Shown one piece after another: positions 41,708 to 51,360 of a stretch of DNA of 64,000 nucleotides (the stretch's first letter is position 1; every line of letters begins with the position of its first letter). The notes beneath the pieces are model-generated. The model made no database searches and was not told the origin of the DNA. It saw only the letters and a list, made by a program, of their open reading frames with translations. The stretch is taken from contig DATIDV010000041.1 of the NCBI GenBank assembly GCA_035456105.1, positions 27,219 to 91,218 on the forward strand. Direction: 5' to 3'. The translations under genes and the position numbers were made by a program. The stretch comes from Rhodocyclaceae bacterium. GTDB taxonomy: Bacteria > Pseudomonadota > Gammaproteobacteria > Burkholderiales > Rhodocyclaceae.

Positions 41708-42925
41708 ATGGACCCGTCCCTGATCCTGGTGGCCCTCGGCGCCATCGTCCTGTTGGCTTATCTGCTGGACTTCGTGGGGCGCCGCTTGCGTGTGCCCGCG
41801 GTGGTCCTGCTGATCTTCAGCGGCCTCGCGCTGCGTGCGCTCGTCGACTTCACCAGTGTGAAGCTCGATATTCCGCACGAGCTGTTGCCGGTGCTGGGTA
41901 CGATCGGTCTGATCCTGATCGTGCTCGAAGGGGCGCTCGACATTTCCCTGACGCGAGACCATCTCGGCCTCGTCGGGCGTACTGCATTGCTGGCTTTGCT
42001 CAGTATCGTGTGTACGGGCGGGCTCATTGCCGTGCTGCTGGCGGCTGCGTTCGAGGTGTCGGCCATACAGGCCATGCTGCTGGCAACACCGCTTGCCATC
42101 ATCAGCTCGGCCGTGGCGATTCCGGCGGCCTCGGCCCTGCCCCCGGAGCAGCGCGTATTCGTGGTGTACGAGAGTTCCCTGTCGGACATCATGGGCGTGA
42201 TCATTTTCTACGCGCTGCTGAGTTACAACGGGGATGTGGGTGAGTTGCTGATCTCGCAGCTTGGCGGAATTACGCTGTCGGTGGTGGTTGGCCTGGTCAT
42301 GGCGCTGGGAGTGTTCTGGATCATTCCGCGCATCGATCACCATGTGCGCGTGTTGCCCCTGATCTTCGGCATCGTGCTGTTATATGGGGTTGGCAAGATG
42401 ATGCACCTTGCGCCGCTGGTGATGGTGTTGTTGGTGGGCTTGCTGCTCAATAACAGTTTCCTCGTCGAGCGGATTACCTGCGGGCGATTGCGCGCGGTGG
42501 ATTCCTTCGACGCAGAGCTGGAGGGTTTCAAACACCTCACGGCGGAATTCACCTTTGTCGTGCGCAGCTTTTTTTTCGTGCTGCTGGGCTTCAGTACGAA
42601 ACTTTCGAATCTGGCCAATCCACTGGCCTGGGGCGTCGCAGCGGTTGTCATGTTGTGCTGCATACTGCCGCGCGTGCCACTGTTGCGTTGGGTGGCGGGG
42701 GTGCGCTCACGCGCATTGATATTTTTCGCACCGCGGGGTCTCATCACGGTGCTGCTGTTCATGAGTCTGCCCGACGAATATCGCCTGCCCGAGGTGCCGC
42801 CCGCGTCGGTTATGCTGGTCATCCTGATGTGGGCCTTGCTGCTGACTTATGGCAGCGTGCGTTTCAACGAAAAGCCGCGTGTGGACACCCTTCCCGCCAG
42901 TACGCCACCATCGCAGCTGCCGTGA
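41708..42925 (+). CDS. Cation:proton antiporter (Na+/H+ exchanger, CPA1-like) membrane protein
   Basis: 405 aa with about 11-12 TM helices. The N-terminus (ILVALGAIVLLAYLLDFVGRRLRVPAVVLLIFSGLAL) is typical of the sodium/hydrogen exchanger family. Confidence 0.7.
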   Translation: MDPSLILVALGAIVLLAYLLDFVGRRLRVPAVVLLIFSGLALRALVDFTSVKLDIPHELLPVLGTIGLILIVLEGALDISLTRDHLGLVGRTALLALLSIVCTGGLIAVLLAAAFEVSAIQAMLLATPLAIISSAVAIPAASALPPEQRVFVVYESSLSDIMGVIIFYALLSYNGDVGELLISQLGGITLSVVVGLVMALGVFWIIPRIDHHVRVLPLIFGIVLLYGVGKMMHLAPLVMVLLVGLLLNNSFLVERITCGRLRAVDSFDAELEGFKHLTAEFTFVVRSFFFVLLGFSTKLSNLANPLAWGVAAVVMLCCILPRVPLLRWVAGVRSRALIFFAPRGLITVLLFMSLPDEYRLPEVPPASVMLVILMWALLLTYGSVRFNEKPRVDTLPASTPPSQLP

Positions 42926-42958
42926 TTTTTCCAATACATTGATCCAGAGGACGAGCCT

Positions 42959-43981
42959 ATGACGCCGCAAGAAGCGCTTCAACGCACCATCGAACATCGC
43001 GAGATCTTCCATGACGAAATGGTGTCGCTGATGCGCCAGATCATGTCCGGCGAAGTGTCACCGGTGCTGATCGGTGCCATCCTGACCGGTTTGCGCGTGA
43101 AGAAGGAAACGATCGGCGAGATTGCTGCCGCAGCCAAGGTCATGCGCGAGCTGTCGACCAAGGTACCGGTGCAGGACCCGCTGAGTCTGGTAGACACCTG
43201 CGGCACCGGTGGCGATGGCTCGCATACCTTCAATATCTCGACGGCCTCCATGTTCGTTGCGGCCGCTGCGGGCGCCAAGGTGGCGAAGCACGGTGGCCGT
43301 GCATCGTCCTCGCTGTCGGGTTCGGCCGATGTGCTTGAAGCACTCGGCGCGAAGATCACACTCGCGCCCGAGCAGGTCGGCCAGTGTGTAGATGAAGTTG
43401 GCATCGGCTTCATGTTCGCCCCGAACCACCACAGCTCGATGAAGCATGCAGCACCCGTGCGCAAGGAACTCGGCGTGCGCACGATTTTCAATATCCTCGG
43501 CCCGCTGACCAACCCGGCCGGCGCGGCAAACCAGCTCATGGGCGTGTTTCATGCTGATCTGGTGGGCATCCAGGTGCGCGTGCTGGAGCGCCTCGGTTCG
43601 CGCAATGTGCTCATCGTGCACGGTATGGACGGGCTCGACGAGTTGTCGATCTCGGCACCGACCCTCGTTGGTGAATTGCGCGATGGCGAGGTGCGCGAAT
43701 ACCGCATCAGCCCGGAAGACGTGGGTCTGCCGATGCACGGCGCTTCGGCGCTCAAGGTGGCCAGCGTGGCCGAGTCTCGCGAGATGTTGCTTGCCGCGCT
43801 CGACGGCAGCAATGCAGCGGCGCGCGACATCGTGGCATTCAATGCCGGCGCCAGCCTGTATGTCAGTGGTGTGGCTCACAATATGCGTGTGGGTACCGCG
43901 ATGGCGCTGGAAGTGATTGCCAGCGGCGCCGCGCGCGCCAAACTGGACTCCTTTGTGGCGCACACGCAAGCAGCGGCTTGA
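42959..43981 (+). CDS. trpD: Anthranilate phosphoribosyltransferase
   Basis: 340 aa with [18 protein letters not shown] and KHGGRASSS motifs. Confidence 0.96.
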   Translation: MTPQEALQRTIEHREIFHDEMVSLMRQIMSGEVSPVLIGAILTGLRVKKETIGEIAAAAKVMRELSTKVPVQDPLSLVDTCGTGGDGSHTFNISTASMFVAAAAGAKVAKHGGRASSSLSGSADVLEALGAKITLAPEQVGQCVDEVGIGFMFAPNHHSSMKHAAPVRKELGVRTIFNILGPLTNPAGAANQLMGVFHADLVGIQVRVLERLGSRNVLIVHGMDGLDELSISAPTLVGELRDGEVREYRISPEDVGLPMHGASALKVASVAESREMLLAALDGSNAAARDIVAFNAGASLYVSGVAHNMRVGTAMALEVIASGAARAKLDSFVAHTQAAA

Positions 43982-44023
43982 TTCATAGAGATACAAACGA
44001 GCTGCAAACGAACTGGAGTTGTA

Positions 44024-44854
44024 ATGTCGGACATCCTGCAGAAAATTCTCGCTACGAAGCGTGAGGAAATTGAAATCGCCGAACGCGCGCTGTCGCGTGA
44101 AGACATCGTCGAAGAGGCGCGCGATGGCGTGCCAACGCGCGATTTCGTCGGCGCCATACGCGCGAAGATTGTCGCCGGCCAGGCCGCAGTCATCGCCGAG
44201 GTGAAGAAGGCCAGCCCGTCGAAGGGCGTGCTGCGCGAGAATTTCGTGCCTGGCGAAATCGCGCAGTCTTACGAGCGAGGCGGCGCGGCCTGCCTGTCGG
44301 TGCTGACCGACAAACAGTACTTCCAGGGCGCGACGGAATATCTGCAACAGGCGCGCGAAGCCTGCTCGCTGCCAGTGCTGCGCAAGGACTTCATCATCGA
44401 TCCGTACCAGGTGTTCGAAGCACGCGCGATGGGTGCGGACTGCATCCTTCTCATTGTCGCGGCCTTCCTGCCGCCGGATGGCACGGTCAACAGTTCGACG
44501 ACGCGTTCGGCGCTGTCGCATCTTCTGGACCTGGAGCAATTGGCGCACGACCTTGGCATGGCCGTGCTGGTCGAAGTGCACAGTGCCGACGAACTCGACA
44601 TTGCCTTGCAGATGCACACGCCGCTGCTCGGCATCAACAATCGCAATCTGCGCACCTTCGAGGTGTCGCTGGACGTGACCCTGTCACAGCTCGCGCGCAT
44701 TCCTGAGGGGCGCATCGTCGTCACCGAGAGCGGCATTCTCGGCACGGTCGACGTGCAGCGCATGCGCGAACATCAGGTCAACGCCTTCCTCGTCGGCGAA
44801 GCCTTCATGCGCGCACCCGACCCCGGCGCACAACTGGCTGCCCTGTTCAGCTGA
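44024..44854 (+). CDS. trpC: Indole-3-glycerol phosphate synthase
   Basis: 276 aa with [24 protein letters not shown] and [12 protein letters not shown] motifs. It contains a ~14-16 aa insertion (see findings). Confidence 0.94.
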   Translation: MSDILQKILATKREEIEIAERALSREDIVEEARDGVPTRDFVGAIRAKIVAGQAAVIAEVKKASPSKGVLRENFVPGEIAQSYERGGAACLSVLTDKQYFQGATEYLQQAREACSLPVLRKDFIIDPYQVFEARAMGADCILLIVAAFLPPDGTVNSSTTRSALSHLLDLEQLAHDLGMAVLVEVHSADELDIALQMHTPLLGINNRNLRTFEVSLDVTLSQLARIPEGRIVVTESGILGTVDVQRMREHQVNAFLVGEAFMRAPDPGAQLAALFS

Positions 44855-44866
44855 TAGCGGCGCACG

Positions 44867-47800
44867 ATGACCGGCACTGATCCAAAGCCGGCAAGAAAGC
44901 CCCTCTGGCGACGCCTTACGCGTCGCCTGTTGTGGGCTTTCGTCGTTTTGGGTGTCCTCGTCGGTGCCTTGCTCGGCGGCTTGTACTGGTCGCTGGGCAG
45001 CGAATCCGGCAGCCAGACGCTCATTGCGACGCTGTCGCGCTGGTCTGGCGGCATGCTGCAGATCGAAGGCTGGCAGGGGCGCGTTGTTGGCCCGGTGCAG
45101 ATGAAGCGTCTGCGGCTGCATCTCGCCGCCGTCGACATCGATGCTGAACGCATCACGCTCGACTGGCGTCCCGCTGCCTTGGCGCAAGGCTTGCTGAACA
45201 TCAACAATCTGCATGTGGGGCGGCTGGAAATCCGCACGCCGGTTTCGGACGAGCCTGCGACCATACCGACGAGCATCAGTCTGCCATTCAGACTGCATGT
45301 GGCGGCGCTCGATGTTGGCGTGCTGGCAGTCGGCGCGCGCGCCGCGAATGGGGCCGCTGTGGCACCGCCATACGTGCTGTTGAATGACGTGGCGGGCAGC
45401 GTGGACAGCGATGCGCAATCGCACCGCATCCATAGTCTGGCTTTAAGTCTGCCGGCGGGGCGCGTGACAGCCAAGGGCGAGATCAAGCTGCAGTCTCCCT
45501 ATGCATTGACCGCACAGGCTGCGTTTGCGGGCAAGCTGGCCGAGCACGCCGTGAATCTGGATGCGAAAGCAGATGGCTCGCTCGACAGGCTGACGCTGCA
45601 TCTGCTGGCCAGCGGGCAAGGCATATCGGGCACGGCGGATGCGGGGGTGCGGCCGTTTGCAGCGCTGCCCATCGAGCAGGCGCGCATTGCGTTGAAGGGT
45701 GTGGATCCGGCCGTGTTCCATCCCGACGCGCCGCATGCCTTGCTGGACGTGCTGGCCAATCTCACCCCAAGCCTGCCAGCTGCGAGCGGGCAGGGCGCAG
45801 CCGACACTTCGCCACAGCACTGGCAGATCAGCGGGCCGGTCGAAGTGCTCAACCGTCAGCCGGCGACGATCGATGCGGGCGGTGTGCCGGTGGAGCGCCT
45901 TGCTACCCAGTTGTCATGGGCGGCCGGCGCCTTGCAGCTTGATGACTTGCAGGTGTCACTGCCCGGGCATGGGCGCATCGACGGCAAGCTGCAATGGCAG
46001 ACTCTGGCGGCGAATCCCGTCGGTCGCATCGAGACCGAGCTGACCATACAGGGGCTGGATCCGGCGCGCCTGCATACCAAGATGCGGGCGATGCAGATTG
46101 CCGGCAAGATCAGCGGCAAGAGCGTGCCCGAGGAGGGCAAAGTTGTTGGCAACTTAGGAGGTAACTCAGGTGGCAAAAACACGTCACAGATGCAGACCTT
46201 CCGCATCGATCTTGCTTCGGGCATCTATCACCTCGTGGCTCAGGGCGCACAGCGTGGCGGCGCGCTTGAACTGCAACAGGCAGCGTTGACGGCAGGCAAG
46301 GCCAGCGTCGAAGCGAGTGGCCGCTGGCAGTGGCAGGTGGCGCCGGGTGCGGCGGACACGCAGGCCTTTAGTGCTAAGGGCCGCCTGCAGGCATTTGATC
46401 CGCATGCTTTCGTGGCGACTGCGCCGCCGGGTAATCTCAACGCGGACTTTTCGCTCGATGGCGTGCTGCAGCCAGCGTGGCGCGCGAACATGGCGCTGGA
46501 TATCGCCAACAGCAGTCTTGACCGCTTTCCGCTGCAAGGACATGCGCGCCTGATCGCAGAGCCAGGTCGTGCGCATGACACTGACATCGCACTCGATGTC
46601 CTTGGCAATCACCTGAAACTGACCGGTGCGATCGGTCGTGCAGATGATCGCCTGCAAGTCCTGGTCGATGCCACGCAGCTCGGGCGTCTGCAGGACGGGC
46701 TACACGGCAAGCTCACGGTACAGGGCTCGGTTGGCGGCTCGTTACAGGAGCCTTTCATGGCGCTTAGCGCGCAAGCCGAGGGCCTTGGCATGGATGGCGC
46801 GGCAAATCTTGAATCCCTGCAGGCGAAGCTGCAGCTTGAGGCCGGCGCTAAGGGCGCTGTGGACGGGCGTGTCGATCTCAAGGGTTTGCGCGTGGGGAAC
46901 GATGCAACCGAGCCGCAGGTGCGTCATGCCGCCCTCGTGATCGGCGGGCGCCGCGATGCGCACACCGTGCACCTGGATGCCGGCCTGCTGAAGGAGCAGG
47001 GCTTGAGCCTGACGGCTGAAGGCGGCTGGCATGCGCCGCCAGCCCGTGCGAGCAATGCGGCCGGCAATGCTGCCGGTGCCTGGCAGGGGCGCCTGACGCA
47101 GCTGGTCGCAACGGGGCCGCTGGCGCTGCGTCTGAAGAGCCCGGCTGATATCAGCGTTGCGCCACAACGCGTGGCTTTGGGCGAGGCACTATTTGAGGCC
47201 GACAATGGCAGTGTGGTGCTCAGTACGACGGAATGGACGCCGCTGCGCAGCGTGGCGCGTGGTCATATGTCGGGGCTGCAGATCGGTTTTGCCGTCGATG
47301 AGTATCAGCGCACCGTCATGCGCGGCAAGAGTCTGCAACTCGGTGCGGTGTGGGACGTGACGCTGGCTGAACGCGCCAACGGGCTGGTGCGTGTGTTCCG
47401 CGAAGGTGGCGACTTCATCCTGCAGGGCGACTCTCCGGTGGCACTCGGGCTGGAGACGCTGGAGCTCAATCTCGCGGCGCAGGAGGATCGCCTGGCGCTG
47501 TCGGGGCTAGTCAACGGTAAGCGTGTCGGCGCCATCAATTTCGCGGGGACGGCGCTGGCGCGGCGGCAGGGTACCCATATCAGCCTCGATCCCGACGCAG
47601 TGCTGACTGGCGTCGGGCATGTCGAGGTGCCGGCGCTGGACTGGCTTGGTCCGGTGATCGATCAGAACCTGCGCACGGGGGGCAGCTTTGTCGGTGATTT
47701 CAACATCCTCGGCACGGCTACCCGACCGCAGAGCAGCGGGCATATCCTCGGCAGCAAGCTGTTCATTGCGCTGGCCGACCAGGGTTTGCGTTTGCGTGAT

Positions 47801-48988
47801 GGCATCGTGGATCTGAATTTCGACGCCGCGCGCGTCAGTCTCAGCAAGCTCGACTTCCGGGCCGAGCGCAGCCTGGCGGCGCCCGATTCGCGTTTGCGCG
47901 TGCTGAACTTGCCGGGCGCCGAGGGCGGCGCGGCGAAAGATGATTCCGGGCGCATCAGTGGCAGCGGCGGCGTCGACCTCAAGACGGGGCTGGGGGCGTT
48001 CGAGCTGTTGGTCGACCATGTGCCCATCCTGCAGCGCGCCGATCAGTGGGCGCTAGTGTCTGGCACGGTTGGCATTGCCAGCGGCTGGGAGCACATGGAT
48101 ATAAATGCGAAGCTCCGCGCCGATGCGGGTTTTTTCGGGGTGCCGAAATCCGGTGCGCCGTCGCTGGGCGACGATGTGCTGGTGCGTGGGCGGCAGACCA
48201 AACCGCCGCAGCGCATGCGCGTCAATCTCGACGTCGACTTCGATTTCGGCCGCAACTTCATCGTCAAGGCCTGGGGCATCGACACCTGGCTTGACGGCCA
48301 GCTGCGTGTGCAACTCGCACAGGGCCAGCAGCCGCGCGCCACCGGTGCCTTGCGCACCCGCGAAGGTGTTTTCGAAGCCTACGGACAGAATCTGGCGATC
48401 GATCGCGGCCTGATCAATTTCTCGGGCCCGCTGGACAATCCCGCACTCAATGTTGTGGCTGTTCGCAAGAATCTGGCCGTGGAAGCTGGCGTCGAAGTCA
48501 CTGGCCTCGCCAGGCAACCACGCGCGCGCCTGGTGTCTGACCCGGAGGTGCCGGATAGCGAAAAGCTGTCATGGATTCTGCTGGGCCGCGCCAGCGACGC
48601 GGAGGGCGGCGATGCGGGGCTGCTGATTGCCGCGGCCTCCGCAGCGTTCAGTGGAGAAGGGCCCGCCATTACGACGCGCGTGGCGAACACTTTTGGTTTT
48701 GACGACGTCTCACTAGGGCAGGGCGGCATGTCGAGCCGCCCCGTGCAGAGCCGCGTGGCGAGCAATTCCACGGGGTCCAGCAGCACCGCAGCCGGCTCCG
48801 TCAACGGTCAGGTGATTTCACTCGGCAAGCACTTGTCGGCGCAAGCCTATCTGGCGCTTGAGCAGAATCTGGAGGGGACCGAGAGCATCGTCAAGCTCAC
48901 CTACAGGCTCACCCGCTATCTGTCTGTCATTGCACGCGGGGGCACCGACAATTCTCTGGATCTGAACTACAGCATATCGTTTCAGTGA
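44867..48988 (+). CDS. tamB: Translocation and assembly module protein TamB (DUF490 C-terminus)
   Basis: 1373 aa with a single N-terminal TM anchor (LLWAFVVLGVLVGALLGGLYW) and a long beta-rich body. The C-terminal DUF490-type region is GLINFSGPLDNPALNVVAVRK...SWILLGRA...LNYSISFQ. It starts 12 nt after trpC. Confidence 0.85.
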   Translation: MTGTDPKPARKPLWRRLTRRLLWAFVVLGVLVGALLGGLYWSLGSESGSQTLIATLSRWSGGMLQIEGWQGRVVGPVQMKRLRLHLAAVDIDAERITLDWRPAALAQGLLNINNLHVGRLEIRTPVSDEPATIPTSISLPFRLHVAALDVGVLAVGARAANGAAVAPPYVLLNDVAGSVDSDAQSHRIHSLALSLPAGRVTAKGEIKLQSPYALTAQAAFAGKLAEHAVNLDAKADGSLDRLTLHLLASGQGISGTADAGVRPFAALPIEQARIALKGVDPAVFHPDAPHALLDVLANLTPSLPAASGQGAADTSPQHWQISGPVEVLNRQPATIDAGGVPVERLATQLSWAAGALQLDDLQVSLPGHGRIDGKLQWQTLAANPVGRIETELTIQGLDPARLHTKMRAMQIAGKISGKSVPEEGKVVGNLGGNSGGKNTSQMQTFRIDLASGIYHLVAQGAQRGGALELQQAALTAGKASVEASGRWQWQVAPGAADTQAFSAKGRLQAFDPHAFVATAPPGNLNADFSLDGVLQPAWRANMALDIANSSLDRFPLQGHARLIAEPGRAHDTDIALDVLGNHLKLTGAIGRADDRLQVLVDATQLGRLQDGLHGKLTVQGSVGGSLQEPFMALSAQAEGLGMDGAANLESLQAKLQLEAGAKGAVDGRVDLKGLRVGNDATEPQVRHAALVIGGRRDAHTVHLDAGLLKEQGLSLTAEGGWHAPPARASNAAGNAAGAWQGRLTQLVATGPLALRLKSPADISVAPQRVALGEALFEADNGSVVLSTTEWTPLRSVARGHMSGLQIGFAVDEYQRTVMRGKSLQLGAVWDVTLAERANGLVRVFREGGDFILQGDSPVALGLETLELNLAAQEDRLALSGLVNGKRVGAINFAGTALARRQGTHISLDPDAVLTGVGHVEVPALDWLGPVIDQNLRTGGSFVGDFNILGTATRPQSSGHILGSKLFIALADQGLRLRDGIVDLNFDAARVSLSKLDFRAERSLAAPDSRLRVLNLPGAEGGAAKDDSGRISGSGGVDLKTGLGAFELLVDHVPILQRADQWALVSGTVGIASGWEHMDINAKLRADAGFFGVPKSGAPSLGDDVLVRGRQTKPPQRMRVNLDVDFDFGRNFIVKAWGIDTWLDGQLRVQLAQGQQPRATGALRTREGVFEAYGQNLAIDRGLINFSGPLDNPALNVVAVRKNLAVEAGVEVTGLARQPRARLVSDPEVPDSEKLSWILLGRASDAEGGDAGLLIAAASAAFSGEGPAITTRVANTFGFDDVSLGQGGMSSRPVQSRVASNSTGSSSTAAGSVNGQVISLGKHLSAQAYLALEQNLEGTESIVKLTYRLTRYLSVIARGGTDNSLDLNYSISFQ

Positions 48989-49014
48989 GTTCGCCCAAGT
49001 GAGCGGCGCGCGCG

Positions 49015-51087
49015 TTATTTCAGGAACTGCGATTCATCCGATTGCTTTGGCAGTTGTGCACGTCTGGATATGCGCTTCGTGACGTCTTGCTGCCACACCA
49101 CGTCATCGTCCACCGCGTATAGCCAGCAGGCCTCGCCGAGGCGTTCGCAATAACTCAGGGCGTCTTCCATGGCGGCAGCGCCCAGCCAGTAGCGTCCGAA
49201 GCCTTCGCGCGTGACTAGAAAAGCGCGTGGCGCGGGCTTCTCCAGAAAGGCGCGATAAGTCGTCAGCTGATCTTGCGGCAAAGGTACAGCGGCCAGATCC
49301 TTCACATCAGCAAAACCGCTGGCATTGGGGCGAAGGCGCATGTCTCCGCTGTCAGCACCATCCGTGTTTGTTGGCGACAGTGCTGCCGATGGCGCGCCCT
49401 GCAGGGCCCAGACGACGCGGTCATCCACCGCATACAGATAGCAGGGGCGGCCGCGCGACAGCACCAGGCAATGGGCCAGTGCATCGGCTGACGCGTTTGC
49501 GCCGATCTTGCTCGACCAGGCTGCGAGGTCACTACCATTGGGGCCGATCGCAAATGCACGCGGACGCCTGGATGTGTTGAGAAAGCGCTCGTAGCCGACT
49601 CGCCCCGCAGCATCGAGCAGTGGTACGTCCTGGACCCGGTTCAGGCGTGGATCCGTCGTGTTGTCCAGTGCTGGCTGTGGTGAATGGGTGGCTGTTTCCG
49701 GATCCCAGACGACGGCGTCATCCACGGCATACAGGGCGCAAGGGACGGCAAGAGTCGAACAGGTTCTCAGTGCTTCCGCGGCGGCGTTGCTGCCGGATCG
49801 GTATGACCACTTAGTGGAGCCCGGGCCGATGGCAAATGCGCGCGGACGCAACGGTGTGTTCAGGAAGCGCTGATAGCCCGTGCGCCCCGCATTGTCAATG
49901 AAGGGCACGTCGGCCACCCGGTACAGGCGTGGATCGACGTCGCTGGCAGGTTTTTCGGCGTCCACTGCAAGTGGTGCATCCGAGACCGCAATGCCCAGTC
50001 CGAGATTCGCAGGGAGTGATTTTCTGTCGGGTAGCAACTGCAGGCCATTCAAGCGCTTGTTACGGATTTCACCAAGCGTGGCACTTTGCCAGAGGGTACG
50101 CTCGGCCGAGAAAGGGTGGCGCTGGGCGAGGCCGCCGTTGGTCTTGCTGGTCAGGTTGCTGGCCAGGCGACGCCAGATGTCGCTTGCGCGCTCGCCATCG
50201 AATCCGGCAAGCACCGCGATATAAGCGCCCAGATAGTCAGCCGCGCGCTCTTCCGTCGCCGGGTATTGCAATTCAGCCTTGTCTCCAGATTTGAGAGCTG
50301 CGGCCGGCCCGCCGGCGAGGGCAAAGATGCTGTGGGCGACGCCATGTGCCAGAACGAGCGCCAGCTCGTCATCGTTGCCGATGAAACGCAGCATGCCCGT
50401 GCTGACCGACATCGCGCCATTCGAGACCTCTGCGATTAGCGCGTCATTGCGCAGCAGGTACGGGACCTCTTTGCAGATCAGTTGAGCCTTGGCTCTGACT
50501 GTCTGTACCTTCTCGGCCGAAACAAGTGTCAGCACGAAAGACCGGTTTTCAGCCAACGTGTTCCCTGGTCTGTTGAGCACCCAGCTGGCATGCATTGTTT
50601 TGCCGGTAGCGGTGTCGGTCAAAGCCTGCAGTCGATCGCCAGCGCGTGCACCGGCCTGGCGAAATGGACTGAACGTCGGGACGTCCAGAAAGACTGGATA
50701 CGGCGTTGCATTCGTATCCAGCGCTTCAAGAAATCCCTTGCGCAAGTCCTCCGGCAAATCCTGACTGGCAATGGGGGGGGCGCCAAGACTCCAGCCGCGA
50801 TTCTGCAGACAATAAGGGCTCGCTGCCCGTTGTATCGCGAACGCGACGCGCTCAAGACGTGCCCGGTCGGCAAGATACAGGCGCGTTTCGTAGATGCGCT
50901 GGACGCGTGCTTCAACCTCGATGCGCGCAGTGGTCGAGGAGGACGGTGTATCCACAGCATGCGCCGTGCACGACAGTGCTGAGACGAGTGTTGCAGTCAC
51001 CAGTCGGCGCAAGCGGGGCTTGAGCGCATTTGTGACGCTACATATGGCCCAGGCCGGAATTTCAATAATTTGCACTGCTTTGCTCAC
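49015..51087 (-). CDS. Secreted M48-like pseudo-peptidase with PDZ-like segment and three C-terminal Cys-pair repeat modules (paralog 1)
   Basis: 690 aa with a signal peptide (RLRRLVTATLVSALSCTAHA). It has HGVAH in place of HEXXH and EERAADYLGAYIAVLAGFD resembling the M48 third-ligand region. Three ~75-aa modules end in C..(6-7)..C.LYAVDD.VVW. The GTG start at 51087 is uncertain; an internal TTG is possible. Confidence 0.7.
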   Translation of the reverse strand: MSKAVQIIEIPAWAICSVTNALKPRLRRLVTATLVSALSCTAHAVDTPSSSTTARIEVEARVQRIYETRLYLADRARLERVAFAIQRAASPYCLQNRGWSLGAPPIASQDLPEDLRKGFLEALDTNATPYPVFLDVPTFSPFRQAGARAGDRLQALTDTATGKTMHASWVLNRPGNTLAENRSFVLTLVSAEKVQTVRAKAQLICKEVPYLLRNDALIAEVSNGAMSVSTGMLRFIGNDDELALVLAHGVAHSIFALAGGPAAALKSGDKAELQYPATEERAADYLGAYIAVLAGFDGERASDIWRRLASNLTSKTNGGLAQRHPFSAERTLWQSATLGEIRNKRLNGLQLLPDRKSLPANLGLGIAVSDAPLAVDAEKPASDVDPRLYRVADVPFIDNAGRTGYQRFLNTPLRPRAFAIGPGSTKWSYRSGSNAAAEALRTCSTLAVPCALYAVDDAVVWDPETATHSPQPALDNTTDPRLNRVQDVPLLDAAGRVGYERFLNTSRRPRAFAIGPNGSDLAAWSSKIGANASADALAHCLVLSRGRPCYLYAVDDRVVWALQGAPSAALSPTNTDGADSGDMRLRPNASGFADVKDLAAVPLPQDQLTTYRAFLEKPAPRAFLVTREGFGRYWLGAAAMEDALSYCERLGEACWLYAVDDDVVWQQDVTKRISRRAQLPKQSDESQFLK

Positions 51088-51304
51088 AGCATTGGCTTCG
51101 CATTATTGCTTGTCTGTGCGGCCTCAAGGTGGGTGACTCCCTCAAGGATCTGTTGGCGCCGTATTGTAGCCGCCTGGTCGAACCACGGGCTTAAACATGG
51201 CCTGGAATCCGTGACCTCCTTCAGTTTCGTGCGCAACGGTGGCGATGCAAGCGTGTGAGACTGGGCAGAGGCGCCCATTGCGGTCCGGTCATGGCCCGGA
51301 AATG

Positions 51305-51331
51305 AAAAAGGCACTTGTAAGTGCCTTTTTT
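51305..51331 (-). terminator. Rho-independent (bidirectional-looking) terminator after the Gly/Asp-tail gene
   Basis: AAAAAGGCACTT-GT-AAGTGCCTTTTTT. On the minus strand the stem is followed by a T-run, 30 nt after the stop at 51361. Confidence 0.85.
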
Positions 51332-51360
51332 GCTCGTTAGCGGGGTGCAATCAGGGGGCA

